Below, in pieces: positions 17,347 through 26,420 of a stretch of DNA of 64,000 nucleotides. Location: contig CALKVW010000211.1 of assembly GCA_938004785.1 (NCBI GenBank), positions 32,642 through 96,641 of the forward strand, written 5' to 3'. Within the stretch, counting starts at the first letter, position 1. Every line of letters starts with the position of its first letter. The notes below the pieces were generated by a model. That model worked only from the letters and a program-made list of their open reading frames with translations. It was not told the origin of the DNA and did no database searches. The DNA is from an uncultured Polyangiaceae bacterium (GTDB lineage Bacteria; Myxococcota_A; Polyangia; Polyangiales; Polyangiaceae). Both the position numbers and the translations under genes were made by a program.

Positions 17347-18654
17347 ATGCGTGACCGCGACCTCGCCTCGAGCTTCCAGCGCATCGTGCTCGCCACCCTC
17401 GCCGCCACCGCCTCGGGCTGCGGTGGCATCGACACGAGCGGCTACGCTGCGATCGCCTGCGCACCCGGCGACTACCGCCCCGACTACCTGAGCGGGCTCG
17501 CGCCAGCCCAGCCCTACGACTACGTCGAGCTGCGTCGCCGCGAGAGCTTCGGCGAGTCGCCCTTCACCGAGGTACTGCAGCGCTCCGGCGAGGCCTGCTC
17601 GGGCGCGAGCGACCGCGAGGCCTGCCTCGCCGAGCTCGCGGCGCTCGAGCCGACGGAGGGCTTCCGCATCGGGCAGTGCGTCGACCTCTGCGAGGAGTTC
17701 CTCTTCGTGCTCACGCGCGGCGACGCGGTCGAGCTCGTCTCGAGCGCCGAGGCCGCGCTCGCCCTGCTCGGTCCCATCGACACACCCACCGAGGCCGTGC
17801 TGCGCGCCGGCATGGCCGAGTACCGCGTGGCCTGCGACGACCCCGAGCGCGGAGGCGTGCGCGCCGCGGGCGACGCCTACGAGGTGCTCGCGACGCGCCT
17901 CACCGCGAGCTGCGATCCGGTCGAGACGACGCTCTACCGGCTCGGCGTGAGCGCCGGCGGCGACGTGACCGAGCTCGAGAGCGAGGTCATCGAGTCCGAG
18001 TCGGGCGTGTGCATCGGCCGCAGACCCTCGTGCCTCGTGCGTCGACGCGCGCGCGGCACGACGCCGGTCGGGGCCTACCTCGCGAGCGCCGCGCACCTCG
18101 AGAGCGCCGCCGCGATCGCCTTCGGCGAGCTCGCCCGCGAGCTCGCACACCACGGCGCGCCGCCTGGGCTCGTCGCGCGCGCGCGGCGCTCCGAGTCCGA
18201 GGAGCGGCGCCACACGATCGTCATGCGCTCGCTCGCGAGGCGCTTCGGTGGTCGACCGATCCGAGCGCGCGCGGCCTCGCGTGCGCCGCGCTCGCTGGAG
18301 GAGATCGCGCTCCACAACGCGAGCGAAGGCTGCGTGCGCGAGAGCTTCGGTGCGCTCGTCGGCCTCTGGCAGGCGCAGGCGGCGAGCGACCCCGCGCTGC
18401 GCGCCGTCATGCAGCGCATCGCGCGAGACGAGCTGCGCCACGCGGAGCTCTCCCTGGATCTCGACCGCTGGGCGCGCGCGAGGCTCGGTCGCCGCTGCGC
18501 GTCGGGCCTCGACGACGCGCGCCGCGAGGCCACGGCGGAGCTCCGCAGGGAGATCGAGCGCCCCTTCGACCCCGCGCTCGTCGACGCCGCCGGGCTGCCC
18601 ACGCCCGCGCAGCACCGCGCGCTGTTCGAGGGCTTCGAGCGCACGCTCGGCTGA
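17347..18654 (+). CDS. Lipoprotein with Cys-rich N-terminal region and ferritin-like (di-iron carboxylate-type) C-terminal domain
   Basis: Start MRDRDLASSFQRIVLATLAATASGCGG (lipobox). The C-terminus has paired E...ExxH-like helices (FGELARE, SEERRH, NASEGCVRE, ARDELRH). Paralogous to the CDS at 48362..49720. Confidence 0.7.
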   Translation: MRDRDLASSFQRIVLATLAATASGCGGIDTSGYAAIACAPGDYRPDYLSGLAPAQPYDYVELRRRESFGESPFTEVLQRSGEACSGASDREACLAELAALEPTEGFRIGQCVDLCEEFLFVLTRGDAVELVSSAEAALALLGPIDTPTEAVLRAGMAEYRVACDDPERGGVRAAGDAYEVLATRLTASCDPVETTLYRLGVSAGGDVTELESEVIESESGVCIGRRPSCLVRRRARGTTPVGAYLASAAHLESAAAIAFGELARELAHHGAPPGLVARARRSESEERRHTIVMRSLARRFGGRPIRARAASRAPRSLEEIALHNASEGCVRESFGALVGLWQAQAASDPALRAVMQRIARDELRHAELSLDLDRWARARLGRRCASGLDDARREATAELRREIERPFDPALVDAAGLPTPAQHRALFEGFERTLG

Positions 18655-18688
18655 GCTCGAGCGGCGCGGGTCGAGCTAGACTCGCGAG

Positions 18689-19441
18689 GTGCCTCGGCGG
18701 CTCCGCTCCACCCCGCTCGCGCTCGCGCTCGCCTCGTTCGCTTTGCTCGCGGGGCTCGGCGCGCGTTCGGCCGAGGCGGAGCGCACAGGCGCCTGCCCCG
18801 ACGGCATGGTCGCGATCGACGATCGGAGCTGCATCGATCGCTACGAGGCCTCCCTCGAGCAGCTCGACGAGGAGGGGCGCGTGCTGGGCGCGCACCCTCC
18901 GAACCAGCCCGTCGCCGGAAGACGCGTGCGCGCCACGAACGAGCGCCTCGGCGCGCCGCAGGCCTACGTCACGCAGCTCGAGGCGAAGGCGGCCTGCGAA
19001 GCGGCGGGCAAACGCCTCTGCACGGATCGCGAGTGGGTCGCGGCGTGCAAAGGCCCGCTCGGCACGCGCTACCCCTACGGCGAGCGTCGCCGCGAGGGCG
19101 CGTGCAACGACCGCGGCACCGAGCCGCTCGCCGCGCTCGGCGCGCGGGCCGAGGCCATCTCGACCTGGAGCTTCGACGCGATGAACGATCCACGGCTCTA
19201 CCGCGTGGCTGGCTCGATCGCGCCGAGCGGGCGCTTCGATCGCTGCCAGAGCGAGCTCGGCGCCCACGATCTCGTGGGCAACCTGCACGAGTGGACGGCC
19301 GACCCGGAGGGCACCCTGCGCGGCGGCTACTTCCTCGACACGACGACGCTCGGCGAGGGCTGCGACTACGTCGCCGTCGGGCACGACGCTCACTACCGCG
19401 ACTACTCGACCGGCTTCCGCTGCTGCGCAGACCCTCGCTGA
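18689..19441 (+). CDS. Formylglycine-generating enzyme (FGE/SUMF1) family protein
   Basis: Signal peptide. C-terminal FGE-sulfatase blocks GNLHEWTAD, RGGYF, GFRCC. Confidence 0.85.
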   Translation: MPRRLRSTPLALALASFALLAGLGARSAEAERTGACPDGMVAIDDRSCIDRYEASLEQLDEEGRVLGAHPPNQPVAGRRVRATNERLGAPQAYVTQLEAKAACEAAGKRLCTDREWVAACKGPLGTRYPYGERRREGACNDRGTEPLAALGARAEAISTWSFDAMNDPRLYRVAGSIAPSGRFDRCQSELGAHDLVGNLHEWTADPEGTLRGGYFLDTTTLGEGCDYVAVGHDAHYRDYSTGFRCCADPR

Positions 19442-19547
19442 GGCGCCCGGCAAGCCCCCTTCGCCCCTCGCATGCTGCGCTGCGTCGTGGGTGCCTCGAT
19501 CGGCGCCGGCTGGCGGCGGCCGATGCTCGGACTAAGGTTTCGGGATC

Positions 19548-20714
19548 ATGCCTTCCACCAAGCTCAGCCACCTCTCGGCCTTCGCCCTGCTCGCCACCTC
19601 GATCTCCCTCGGCGCCACCGCCTGCGGCGACGACGAGACCACCCCGGTCGAGAACCCCGAGCTGCGCTTCGCCACCTACAACGCAGGCTTGGCCTACGGC
19701 TTCGTCGAGTACGCCGAGGAGCGCAGCCCGCTCATCCCACCGGCGGTCGCGGAGCTCCCGGTCGACGTGCTCTGCCTGCAGGAGGTGTGGAACGCGAGCG
19801 ACGTGGCGGCGATGAAGAGCGCCACGGCCTCGAAGCTGACGAGCGCGTTCTTCTTCGAGAACAGCCAAGACTTCGCCGTCGGCGCCGCCTGCGAAGCCGA
19901 CGACGTCGCGCCGCTCATCGCCTGCGTCGAGGCCAACTGCGGCACGGTGCCCGAGGCCAACTGCGTGCTCACCGAGTGCGCCGCCGAGTTCAGTGCACAG
20001 ACGCCCGAGTGCACGACCTGCCTCGGCGCCAACGTCGGCGGCTCGATCGAGGCGATCGAGGCGGCCTGCGGCGAGGGCAGCGCGCTCTACGCCTACGACG
20101 GCGCCTTCGGCGTGGGCCTGCTAACCAACCAGACGGTGACGGCGAGCGACCAGCTCGTGCTGAGCAGTACGCTCAACCGCCGCGGTGTGCTCTACGCCGA
20201 GCTCGAGACCGAAGCGGGCCCGATGCACGTGTTCTGCACGCACCTCTCGGCTGCGCTCTCGATCAACTACCCCGGGCCCGCCGGCTCCTGGGAGGCCGAG
20301 CAGCGCGCTCAGATCGACGCGATGCTCGCCTACGTCGCCGAGAAGGCCGGCACCGAGCCGGCCGTGATCCTCGGTGACCTCAACACCGGCCCGGCGCTCG
20401 ACGGCATCGCGGGGGAGCTGCCCGCGAACTACGCCGTCTTCAGCGACGCAGGCTGGGAGGCGCCCTTCGTCAGCGGCACCCCCGCATGCACCTTCTGCGG
20501 CGACAACCCGCTCGTCGGCAACCCCGGCGACCCGAAGAACACCGTGCTCATCGACCACGTGCTCTTCAAGAACCGCCCCGGTGGCAGCCTCAGCTCGAGC
20601 CGCGTGCTCGATCAAGACGTGACGATCAGCGTCGAAGGCGCCGACACGACGACGAAGCTCTCCGATCACTACGGCGTGTCGGTGACGTGGACGGGCGACA
20701 GCGGCAACGACTGA
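19548..20714 (+). CDS. Endonuclease/exonuclease/phosphatase (EEP) family lipoprotein
   Basis: Lipobox ATACG. EEP motifs LCLQEVW, ILGDLN, SDHYGV. Cys-rich insert. Confidence 0.75.
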   Translation: MPSTKLSHLSAFALLATSISLGATACGDDETTPVENPELRFATYNAGLAYGFVEYAEERSPLIPPAVAELPVDVLCLQEVWNASDVAAMKSATASKLTSAFFFENSQDFAVGAACEADDVAPLIACVEANCGTVPEANCVLTECAAEFSAQTPECTTCLGANVGGSIEAIEAACGEGSALYAYDGAFGVGLLTNQTVTASDQLVLSSTLNRRGVLYAELETEAGPMHVFCTHLSAALSINYPGPAGSWEAEQRAQIDAMLAYVAEKAGTEPAVILGDLNTGPALDGIAGELPANYAVFSDAGWEAPFVSGTPACTFCGDNPLVGNPGDPKNTVLIDHVLFKNRPGGSLSSSRVLDQDVTISVEGADTTTKLSDHYGVSVTWTGDSGND

Positions 20715-20735
20715 GGCCGGGGCCGCCCGCGACGA

Positions 20736-21638
20736 TCAGTAGCGCTTCGGCAGGACCCACGCGCGCTCGAACACCCTCGAGCGCGCGGCCTCGCGCGCGG
20801 CCACGAGCTCCTTCGTGCGCTCGGTGTCGCGCAGGCAGGGGTAGCAGTCCTCGCTGCGCTTGGGCCCGCAGCCGCTCTCCGCCCCGAGGCGCTCGAGCGC
20901 CCCGAGCGCGCGCTCGTCGGCCTTCTCGGCCGCGCGTTCGAGCAGCGCGAGCACCCTCGGGCAACCCGCGACCTGCGACAGCTCGATCGAAACCCGGAGC
21001 GGCTCGCTCCACGTACGGCGCACCTCCGCGGAGTAGAGCAGATCGCCGGCGTACAGCCCGAGGCGCGAGCCGGCCGGGAAGTCGAGGCGCAGCGCGTCGA
21101 GCAGATCCGCCGCCGTGGGGTGCCCGGTGCGCGCGAGCGCGGCGAGCACGTCGGGAGCGACGCTGGGATCACGCGCGAGCTCGACGAGCCGCGCGAGCGT
21201 CGCGCGGTCCTTCCACAGCGAGGCATCGCGCCCGAGGTCTTCGACGAGCCGGACGCCGTCGCGACGCGTGAGCTCTGCGTGACCGAGCACCAGCGCACGC
21301 GCTTCGTCGATGCCGCGCTCGGACTGGGCCCTGAGCTCGATGCGTTTGAGCGCCTCGAGCTCGCCGCGTTCGGCGCGTGCGAGCAGCTCGGCGGAGATTC
21401 CCGCTCCCTCGGCTACGCTGGCCTCGCCGGATCCGACCGCGCCCGCGCTGGGCGCCGCGCTCACGACGAGCGAGGGCGCCCGTGCGCTGGCATGCGCGGG
21501 CGCTTCGACCGCTGCCGCAGCGCTCGGCGTGGTGGTCGGTGCGAGCCGCTCGAAGGAGCCCACCGGCACCACGAGCGCGCTGCCGCGCCCGCTGATCCAC
21601 CCGATCGCTGCGGCTGCGACGAACGCGAGGTAGCGCAT
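20736..21638 (-). CDS. Hypothetical secreted protein (possible HEAT/ARM-like helical repeats)
   Basis: Internal start MRYLAFVAAAAIGW. Ala/Leu/Glu/Arg-rich helical sequence. The competing plus-strand frames are Arg-rich junk. Confidence 0.45.
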   Translation of the reverse strand: MRYLAFVAAAAIGWISGRGSALVVPVGSFERLAPTTTPSAAAAVEAPAHASARAPSLVVSAAPSAGAVGSGEASVAEGAGISAELLARAERGELEALKRIELRAQSERGIDEARALVLGHAELTRRDGVRLVEDLGRDASLWKDRATLARLVELARDPSVAPDVLAALARTGHPTAADLLDALRLDFPAGSRLGLYAGDLLYSAEVRRTWSEPLRVSIELSQVAGCPRVLALLERAAEKADERALGALERLGAESGCGPKRSEDCYPCLRDTERTKELVAAREAARSRVFERAWVLPKRY

Positions 21639-21746
21639 CGCGCCGGGCCTCGGGGTGTTCGGCGCGCGCGGAGCTCGCGCGGGAAGGCCTTCGTCACTCA
21701 AGGCGGCGTTCCTCTCGAGCCCTTGGCGGAGCCCACCTCACGGGCT

Positions 21747-23759
21747 ATGACCCTTCGTCTGCTCGCGGGAGGTTTCATGGCACGCCGAACATCCGTCAAG
21801 GTCGCTGGCCGCATCCTCTTTCTGACCGAAGACGCCGAGCTCCTGAAGAAGCAGCTCGCGGGCGCCGATCTCCCGCTCGACGAAGGCAAGGCGCTCCCGC
21901 TCGTCGACAACATCTCCACCGACGAGCTCACCCCTGGCTGGGTTTGTTATTACTACGACGAGACGCTCGCGCGGTACTGCCTCGTCGGCCTGCGCGGCGG
22001 CGTGATCGAGCGCGACTCCATCAAGAGCGGCGGCTTCGGCGTCATCGTGAGCGGCCGCTCCAAGGGCTGCGGCTCCTCGCGCGAGACGGCCCCCTACTCG
22101 GAGCGCGAGTGCGGTGTGCAGGTCGTCGTCGCCAAGAGCATCGAGAAGATCTACGGGCAGAACTGCCAGAACATCGGCCTGCTCACGACGACCGACTTCT
22201 CGATCCTCGATCGCCTCGCCGCGGGCGAGGAGATCCCGATCTCCGAGTTCACCAAGGGCCTCGACCGCATCAGCGCCGACGTCGTCGAGTACGGCGGGCT
22301 CTTCGCCTACAACCGCGCGCGCCTGGCCGGCGAGGTCTCGCCTCCTGCGATCGACACGGCCGCGCGCCCGATGACGCTCTGCGAGAAGATCATCGCCTCG
22401 CGCGCCGTGGTCGACGCGAAGAGCGGCAAGCTCGGCGTGCCGGCGGTGAAGCCGGGCGACTCGCTCTTCGTGCGCACCGACGTGCGCTTCTCGCACGAGT
22501 ACGTCACGCCCATGGCCGAGTCGCTCTTCGTCGCGGCGCTCGGCAAAGGCGCCACGGTCACGCACCCCGAGAGCGTGTGGGCCTTCCGCGATCACCTCAC
22601 CTTCCTCGATCAGGTGATGCCCGAAGCCCACATCAAGCTCGGCCTGCGCGAGCAGTCGCAGCAGCTCGCCACCGTGCAGGAGAGCTTCACGAAGCGCCAC
22701 GGCATCAAGCTCTACGGCGAGGTCGTGCGCGAGGGGAAGACCGTCGGCTCCGAGGCGATCTGCCACAACAAGGTGATCGAGGCGATCGCGCTGCCCGGTC
22801 AGGTCGTCGCCGGCACCGACTCGCACACCTGCATGGCGGGCGCGCTCGGCTGCTTCGCCTTCGGCGTCGGCTCCACCGACATGGCCAACGCCTGGCTCAC
22901 GCGCGACGTGCGCCTCGCCGTGCCGGAGACGGCGCGCTTCAACCTCCACGGCTCGCTCCGCCCGGGCGTCACCGCGAAGGACGTCATGCTCCACCTGCTG
23001 TCGCAGCCCTTCTGGCGGAGCGGCGAGGGCATCGGCAAGGTGCTCGAGTTCGCGGGCGACGGCGTGCGTGGGCTCGGCCTCGACGAGCGCGCCACGCTCA
23101 CCAACATGGCCGTCGAGGCAGGCGGCTTCACCGGCATCATCGAGGCCGACGAGGTGATCGTCGACTACCTCGTGAAGCAGCGCGGCCTCTCGGCCGACGA
23201 GGTGCGGGCGCAGATCGTGAAGGCCGACCCGGGCGCGAGCTACTTCGCGAGCTTCGACGTCGACCTCGGCGCGATCGAGCCGATGGTGGCCCTGCCCGGC
23301 GACCCTCGCAACGGCGTGGCGCTGCGCGAGCTCGAGGCGAAGCAGGGCGCACCCGTGAAGATCGACATCGCCTACGGCGGCTCCTGCACCGGCGGCAAGA
23401 AGGCCGACATGGACATGTACGCCTCGGTGCTCGCGCGCGCGGTCGAGCGAGGCAAGAAGGTCGCCGACGGCGTGCACCTCTACATCCAGTTCGGCTCCCA
23501 GGACATCCGCCGCTACGCCGAGCAGAAGGGCTACATCGAGGTCTTCACCAAGGCCGGCGCGGAGCTCGTGGATCCGAGCTGCGGCGCCTGCATCAAGGCC
23601 GGCCCGGGTGTCTCCTTCACGAAGGAAGAGGTCACGGTCTCGGCGATCAACCGCAACTTCCCGGGGCGCAGCGGGCCCGGCCAGGTCTACCTGGCGAGCC
23701 CTCTCGTGGTCGCGGCGAGCGCGATCGCCGGCCACATCGTTTCCCCCGAGGCGATCTGA
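21747..23759 (+). CDS. Aconitase-family hydro-lyase with N-terminal LeuD-like swivel domain and C-terminal LeuC-like catalytic domain
   Basis: Three Fe-S cluster Cys in GTDSHTCMAG, GGSCTGG, DPSCGACI. The swivel domain (GGFGVIVSGRSKGCGSSRE) precedes the catalytic domains, as in the AcnB-type permutation. The 5' 200 codons of the ORF are junk. Confidence 0.9.
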   Translation: MTLRLLAGGFMARRTSVKVAGRILFLTEDAELLKKQLAGADLPLDEGKALPLVDNISTDELTPGWVCYYYDETLARYCLVGLRGGVIERDSIKSGGFGVIVSGRSKGCGSSRETAPYSERECGVQVVVAKSIEKIYGQNCQNIGLLTTTDFSILDRLAAGEEIPISEFTKGLDRISADVVEYGGLFAYNRARLAGEVSPPAIDTAARPMTLCEKIIASRAVVDAKSGKLGVPAVKPGDSLFVRTDVRFSHEYVTPMAESLFVAALGKGATVTHPESVWAFRDHLTFLDQVMPEAHIKLGLREQSQQLATVQESFTKRHGIKLYGEVVREGKTVGSEAICHNKVIEAIALPGQVVAGTDSHTCMAGALGCFAFGVGSTDMANAWLTRDVRLAVPETARFNLHGSLRPGVTAKDVMLHLLSQPFWRSGEGIGKVLEFAGDGVRGLGLDERATLTNMAVEAGGFTGIIEADEVIVDYLVKQRGLSADEVRAQIVKADPGASYFASFDVDLGAIEPMVALPGDPRNGVALRELEAKQGAPVKIDIAYGGSCTGGKKADMDMYASVLARAVERGKKVADGVHLYIQFGSQDIRRYAEQKGYIEVFTKAGAELVDPSCGACIKAGPGVSFTKEEVTVSAINRNFPGRSGPGQVYLASPLVVAASAIAGHIVSPEAI

Positions 23760-23806
23760 GGTTTCCCCCGAGGCGATCTGAGGGTCTCGCCCGACGCGAT
23801 CTGAGG
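23741..23806. repeat. Three tandem copies of a 22-bp unit (tttcccccgaggcgatctgagg; third copy has 3 mismatches) beginning inside the last codons of the aconitase-family gene
   Basis: Read directly from the sequence. Copy 1 encodes SPEAI-stop. Each copy contains TGA, and because 22 is not divisible by 3, the three copies place a stop in all three frames. Confidence 0.7.
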
Positions 23807-23968
23807 CGAAGCCTCGCGAAGCCGCGCTTTACGGCGGGCCCCGCGGTCGTGTAACTCTGCTGTACGTGCGCGGATGAGGGAAGGAATCCTCCCCGACCGG
23901 TGCACGTGCTACGCTGGCGCACGCGTCTGCCCAGCGTGGGTGACGGTGAGACGACGAAGGTGAGCTCG

Positions 23969-24199
23969 ATGAACGACAAGGACTTGCGCAACGCCGATGC
24001 GTCGAAGACCGACAAGCGGAAGCAGAGCCTCTACTTCCCGGAGTCGATGCTCCAGGAGATCAAGGAGGAGGCCGCCCGGCTCGACCGCTCGCTCTCCTGG
24101 GTCGTGCAGCGCGCTTGGAAGCTCGCGCGCGTCGAGATCAAGAAGCTGCCGAGCGTGAACGACGTCGGCGGCGACGAAGACGACGACTCGGGCGAGTGA
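23969..24199 (+). CDS. Small conserved hypothetical protein (possible ribbon-helix-helix-like DNA-binding fold)
   Basis: Internal start MNDKDLRN. Lys/Arg-rich N-terminus, then KRKQSLYFPESMLQEIKEEAARLDRSLSWVVQRAWKLAR, then an acidic tail. Composition is coding-like. Confidence 0.45.
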   Translation: MNDKDLRNADASKTDKRKQSLYFPESMLQEIKEEAARLDRSLSWVVQRAWKLARVEIKKLPSVNDVGGDEDDDSGE

Positions 24200-24368
24200 G
24201 CTCCGCCGAGTGAGCTCGACCCTGCTCTCCCGCTGACGCGCCGCTGCGTCGCCGCACGCTCTGCGGCTCCCAAATGGCGGCTCCCGGATGGCGGGCTCGC
24301 GGCCGGCGGGCTCGCGGCTGGCGCGCTCTTCGTGTGCTGGGGAGCCGCTGGTGGCCCAAGACCCCACC

Positions 24369-25310
24369 ATGTCCGTCCTCACCGAATCCTTCGTTCGCGC
24401 CGACGACGGCACCGAGCTCTACCTGCGAAGGCGCTCGGGCCCCCCGGGACAGGCACTCTGGGCGGTGCTCTGCGACGGCATCGCCTGCGACGGCTTCATC
24501 TGGAAGTACCTCTTCGACGCGCTCGCCGAGCGCGTGAACGTCGCGCACTTCAATTACCGCGGCCACGGGCGGAGCCGCAGCCCCGTCGACGCGGCGCGGA
24601 TCCGCGTCGAAGACCACGCGGCCGACCTCGCCGCCGTGCGCGCCGCGCTCGGCGACCCGGAGGTCGTGCTCTTCGGCCACTCGATGGGCTGCCAGGTCGC
24701 GCTCGAGGCGATGCGGCACCACGCCGCGGGCGTGCGCGGGCTCGCCTTGTTCTGCGGTGCGCCCAGCCGCGTGACGCACTCCTTCAAGGGGACCGACGCG
24801 CTCGCGCAGATCCTCCCCCGGCTCATCGCCGCGGTCGATCGTTCGCCGCGCGTCGCGCGCGCGCTCTGGGGCAGCGTGCCCGCGCCGCTCGCGCTGAAGG
24901 CGGCGCTCGCGCTCGGCGAGGTCGACAAAGAGCTCATCCGCCCCGACGATCTCGTGCCCTATCTCGAGCACATGGTCGACATCGACCCGCCGATGTTCCT
25001 GCGCATGCTGCAGGCCGCAGGCGAGCACAGCGCCGAAGATCTGTTGAGCTCCATCGATGTGCCCGCGCTCGTCGTCGCGGGCGACCGCGACAGCTTCACG
25101 CCGCCGGCGCTCGCCAAGAAGATGGCCGAGGCGATGCCGAAGGCGAAGCTCTGGGCCACGCTCGGGACGCACGTCGTCCCGCTCGAGCACCGCGAGGCCA
25201 CCGAGCGCGAGGTGATGGAGCTGCTCGACCGCGTCGAAGGCAAGCTGCCGAGCGAGCCGGCCAGCGAGCCCGAGGCCGCCGGCGAGCCCCGAGAGGCGAG
25301 CGGCGGCTGA
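24369..25310 (+). CDS. Alpha/beta-hydrolase fold protein
   Basis: Start MSVLTESF. Nucleophile elbow GHSMGC. HGRS motif after strand 3. C-terminal Asp/His region (GDRDSFTP, THVVPLEH). Confidence 0.8.
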   Translation: MSVLTESFVRADDGTELYLRRRSGPPGQALWAVLCDGIACDGFIWKYLFDALAERVNVAHFNYRGHGRSRSPVDAARIRVEDHAADLAAVRAALGDPEVVLFGHSMGCQVALEAMRHHAAGVRGLALFCGAPSRVTHSFKGTDALAQILPRLIAAVDRSPRVARALWGSVPAPLALKAALALGEVDKELIRPDDLVPYLEHMVDIDPPMFLRMLQAAGEHSAEDLLSSIDVPALVVAGDRDSFTPPALAKKMAEAMPKAKLWATLGTHVVPLEHREATEREVMELLDRVEGKLPSEPASEPEAAGEPREASGG

Positions 25311-25329
25311 GCGCGGGCGCGCGCCGCCT

Positions 25330-26382
25330 TCAGCGCACCGGCAAGCCGCGGTCGCGCCAGCGGATCATGCCACCGGCGACGTTCGCGAGCTCGGAGAGGC
25401 CGGCGCCCTTCAGCACCACGGTGGCCTGCGCGCTGCGCCGCCCGGAGCGGCAGAGGGTGACCACCGGTTTGTCGCGCGGCACCTCGCCCGCTCGATCGCG
25501 CAGCTCGGCGAGCGGGATGTGCAGGGCCCCGGCGATCGCGCCCTCGCCGAGCTCGTCGGCGTCGCGCACGTCGAGCACGCAGAGCTCCGCGAGGTGCTCG
25601 GCGACCCAGTCGGCCTCGATCTCGGGCAGGCCTGCGTAGTTGATCGCCACCGGCCCCCAGCTCGCGGGCTCGATCTGGAAGGGCTCGCTCGGCTTGCCGC
25701 AGCGCAGGTTCGCCGGCACCGCGTGGTCGATCTGCTTGGGATGCGGCAGGTGCAGGTTCTCCATGTAGCCCACGAAGTCGCGCTCGTTCGCGCCGCCACC
25801 GACGCGCGGGTTGTGCGCGCGCTCCTCGGCCACCGTCGTCACGGTGCGGCCCGCGTAGTCGTGGGCCGGGTAGATCCGCGTCTCTTCGCCGAGCGAGAAG
25901 ATTCGCTCGGTGATCGAGTGGTAGAGCGTCTTCGCGCTGCCCTGCTGGAAGTCGGTGCGGCCCGCGCCGCGGATGAGCAGCGCGTCGCCGGTGAAGGCGA
26001 GGCGCTGCGCGTCGAGGGCGTAGGTGAGGCAGCCCGAGGTGTGGCCTGGCGTGGCGAGCACGCCGATGCGGTGGCGGCCGAGCTCGAGGTGGTCGCCGTC
26101 GTCGACCCCGAGGTCGACGCCCTCGGCGCCCGCGCGCTTCGAGAGCACGATGCGGCTCCCGAGCGCCTCGCGGAAGACCCACGCCGCGGTCACGTGGTCG
26201 GCGTGCACGTGGGTGTCGACGGTGTAGCGCAGGCGCAGGCCGAGCTCGCGCACGAGCGCCGCGTCGCGCTGGAACTTCTCGAACACGGGGTCGATCAGCG
26301 CGGCGTCCTTCGTCTCGCCGTCGGCGAGCAGGTAGGTGTAGGTCGACGACACCGCGTCGAAGAGCTGGCGGAAGACGAGCAT
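25330..26382 (-). CDS. MBL-fold persulfide dioxygenase (ETHE1-like) fused to C-terminal rhodanese domain
   Basis: HxHxDH motif THVHADH. ETHE1-like blocks TPGHTSGC, AHDY. C-terminal rhodanese with active-site Cys loop TLCRSGRRS. Confidence 0.85.
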   Translation of the reverse strand: MLVFRQLFDAVSSTYTYLLADGETKDAALIDPVFEKFQRDAALVRELGLRLRYTVDTHVHADHVTAAWVFREALGSRIVLSKRAGAEGVDLGVDDGDHLELGRHRIGVLATPGHTSGCLTYALDAQRLAFTGDALLIRGAGRTDFQQGSAKTLYHSITERIFSLGEETRIYPAHDYAGRTVTTVAEERAHNPRVGGGANERDFVGYMENLHLPHPKQIDHAVPANLRCGKPSEPFQIEPASWGPVAINYAGLPEIEADWVAEHLAELCVLDVRDADELGEGAIAGALHIPLAELRDRAGEVPRDKPVVTLCRSGRRSAQATVVLKGAGLSELANVAGGMIRWRDRGLPVR

Positions 26383-26420
26383 CTCTCGAGCATACGCCTC
26401 CCGCTTGCCTCGGGCTCGCG

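Noticed and set aside
15315-18615. 633-aa (15315..17216) and 546-aa (16975..18615) minus ORFs
   Set aside because: They are antisense to the LTD lipoprotein and ferritin-like lipoprotein genes, with poly-Arg/Gly/Ala composition and no domains.
21738-23735. 665-aa minus ORF antisense to the aconitase-family gene, and the 636-aa plus ORF 21944..23854
   Set aside because: Arg/Ala/Gly-rich with no motifs. The aconitase frame has unambiguous Fe-S ligand motifs.
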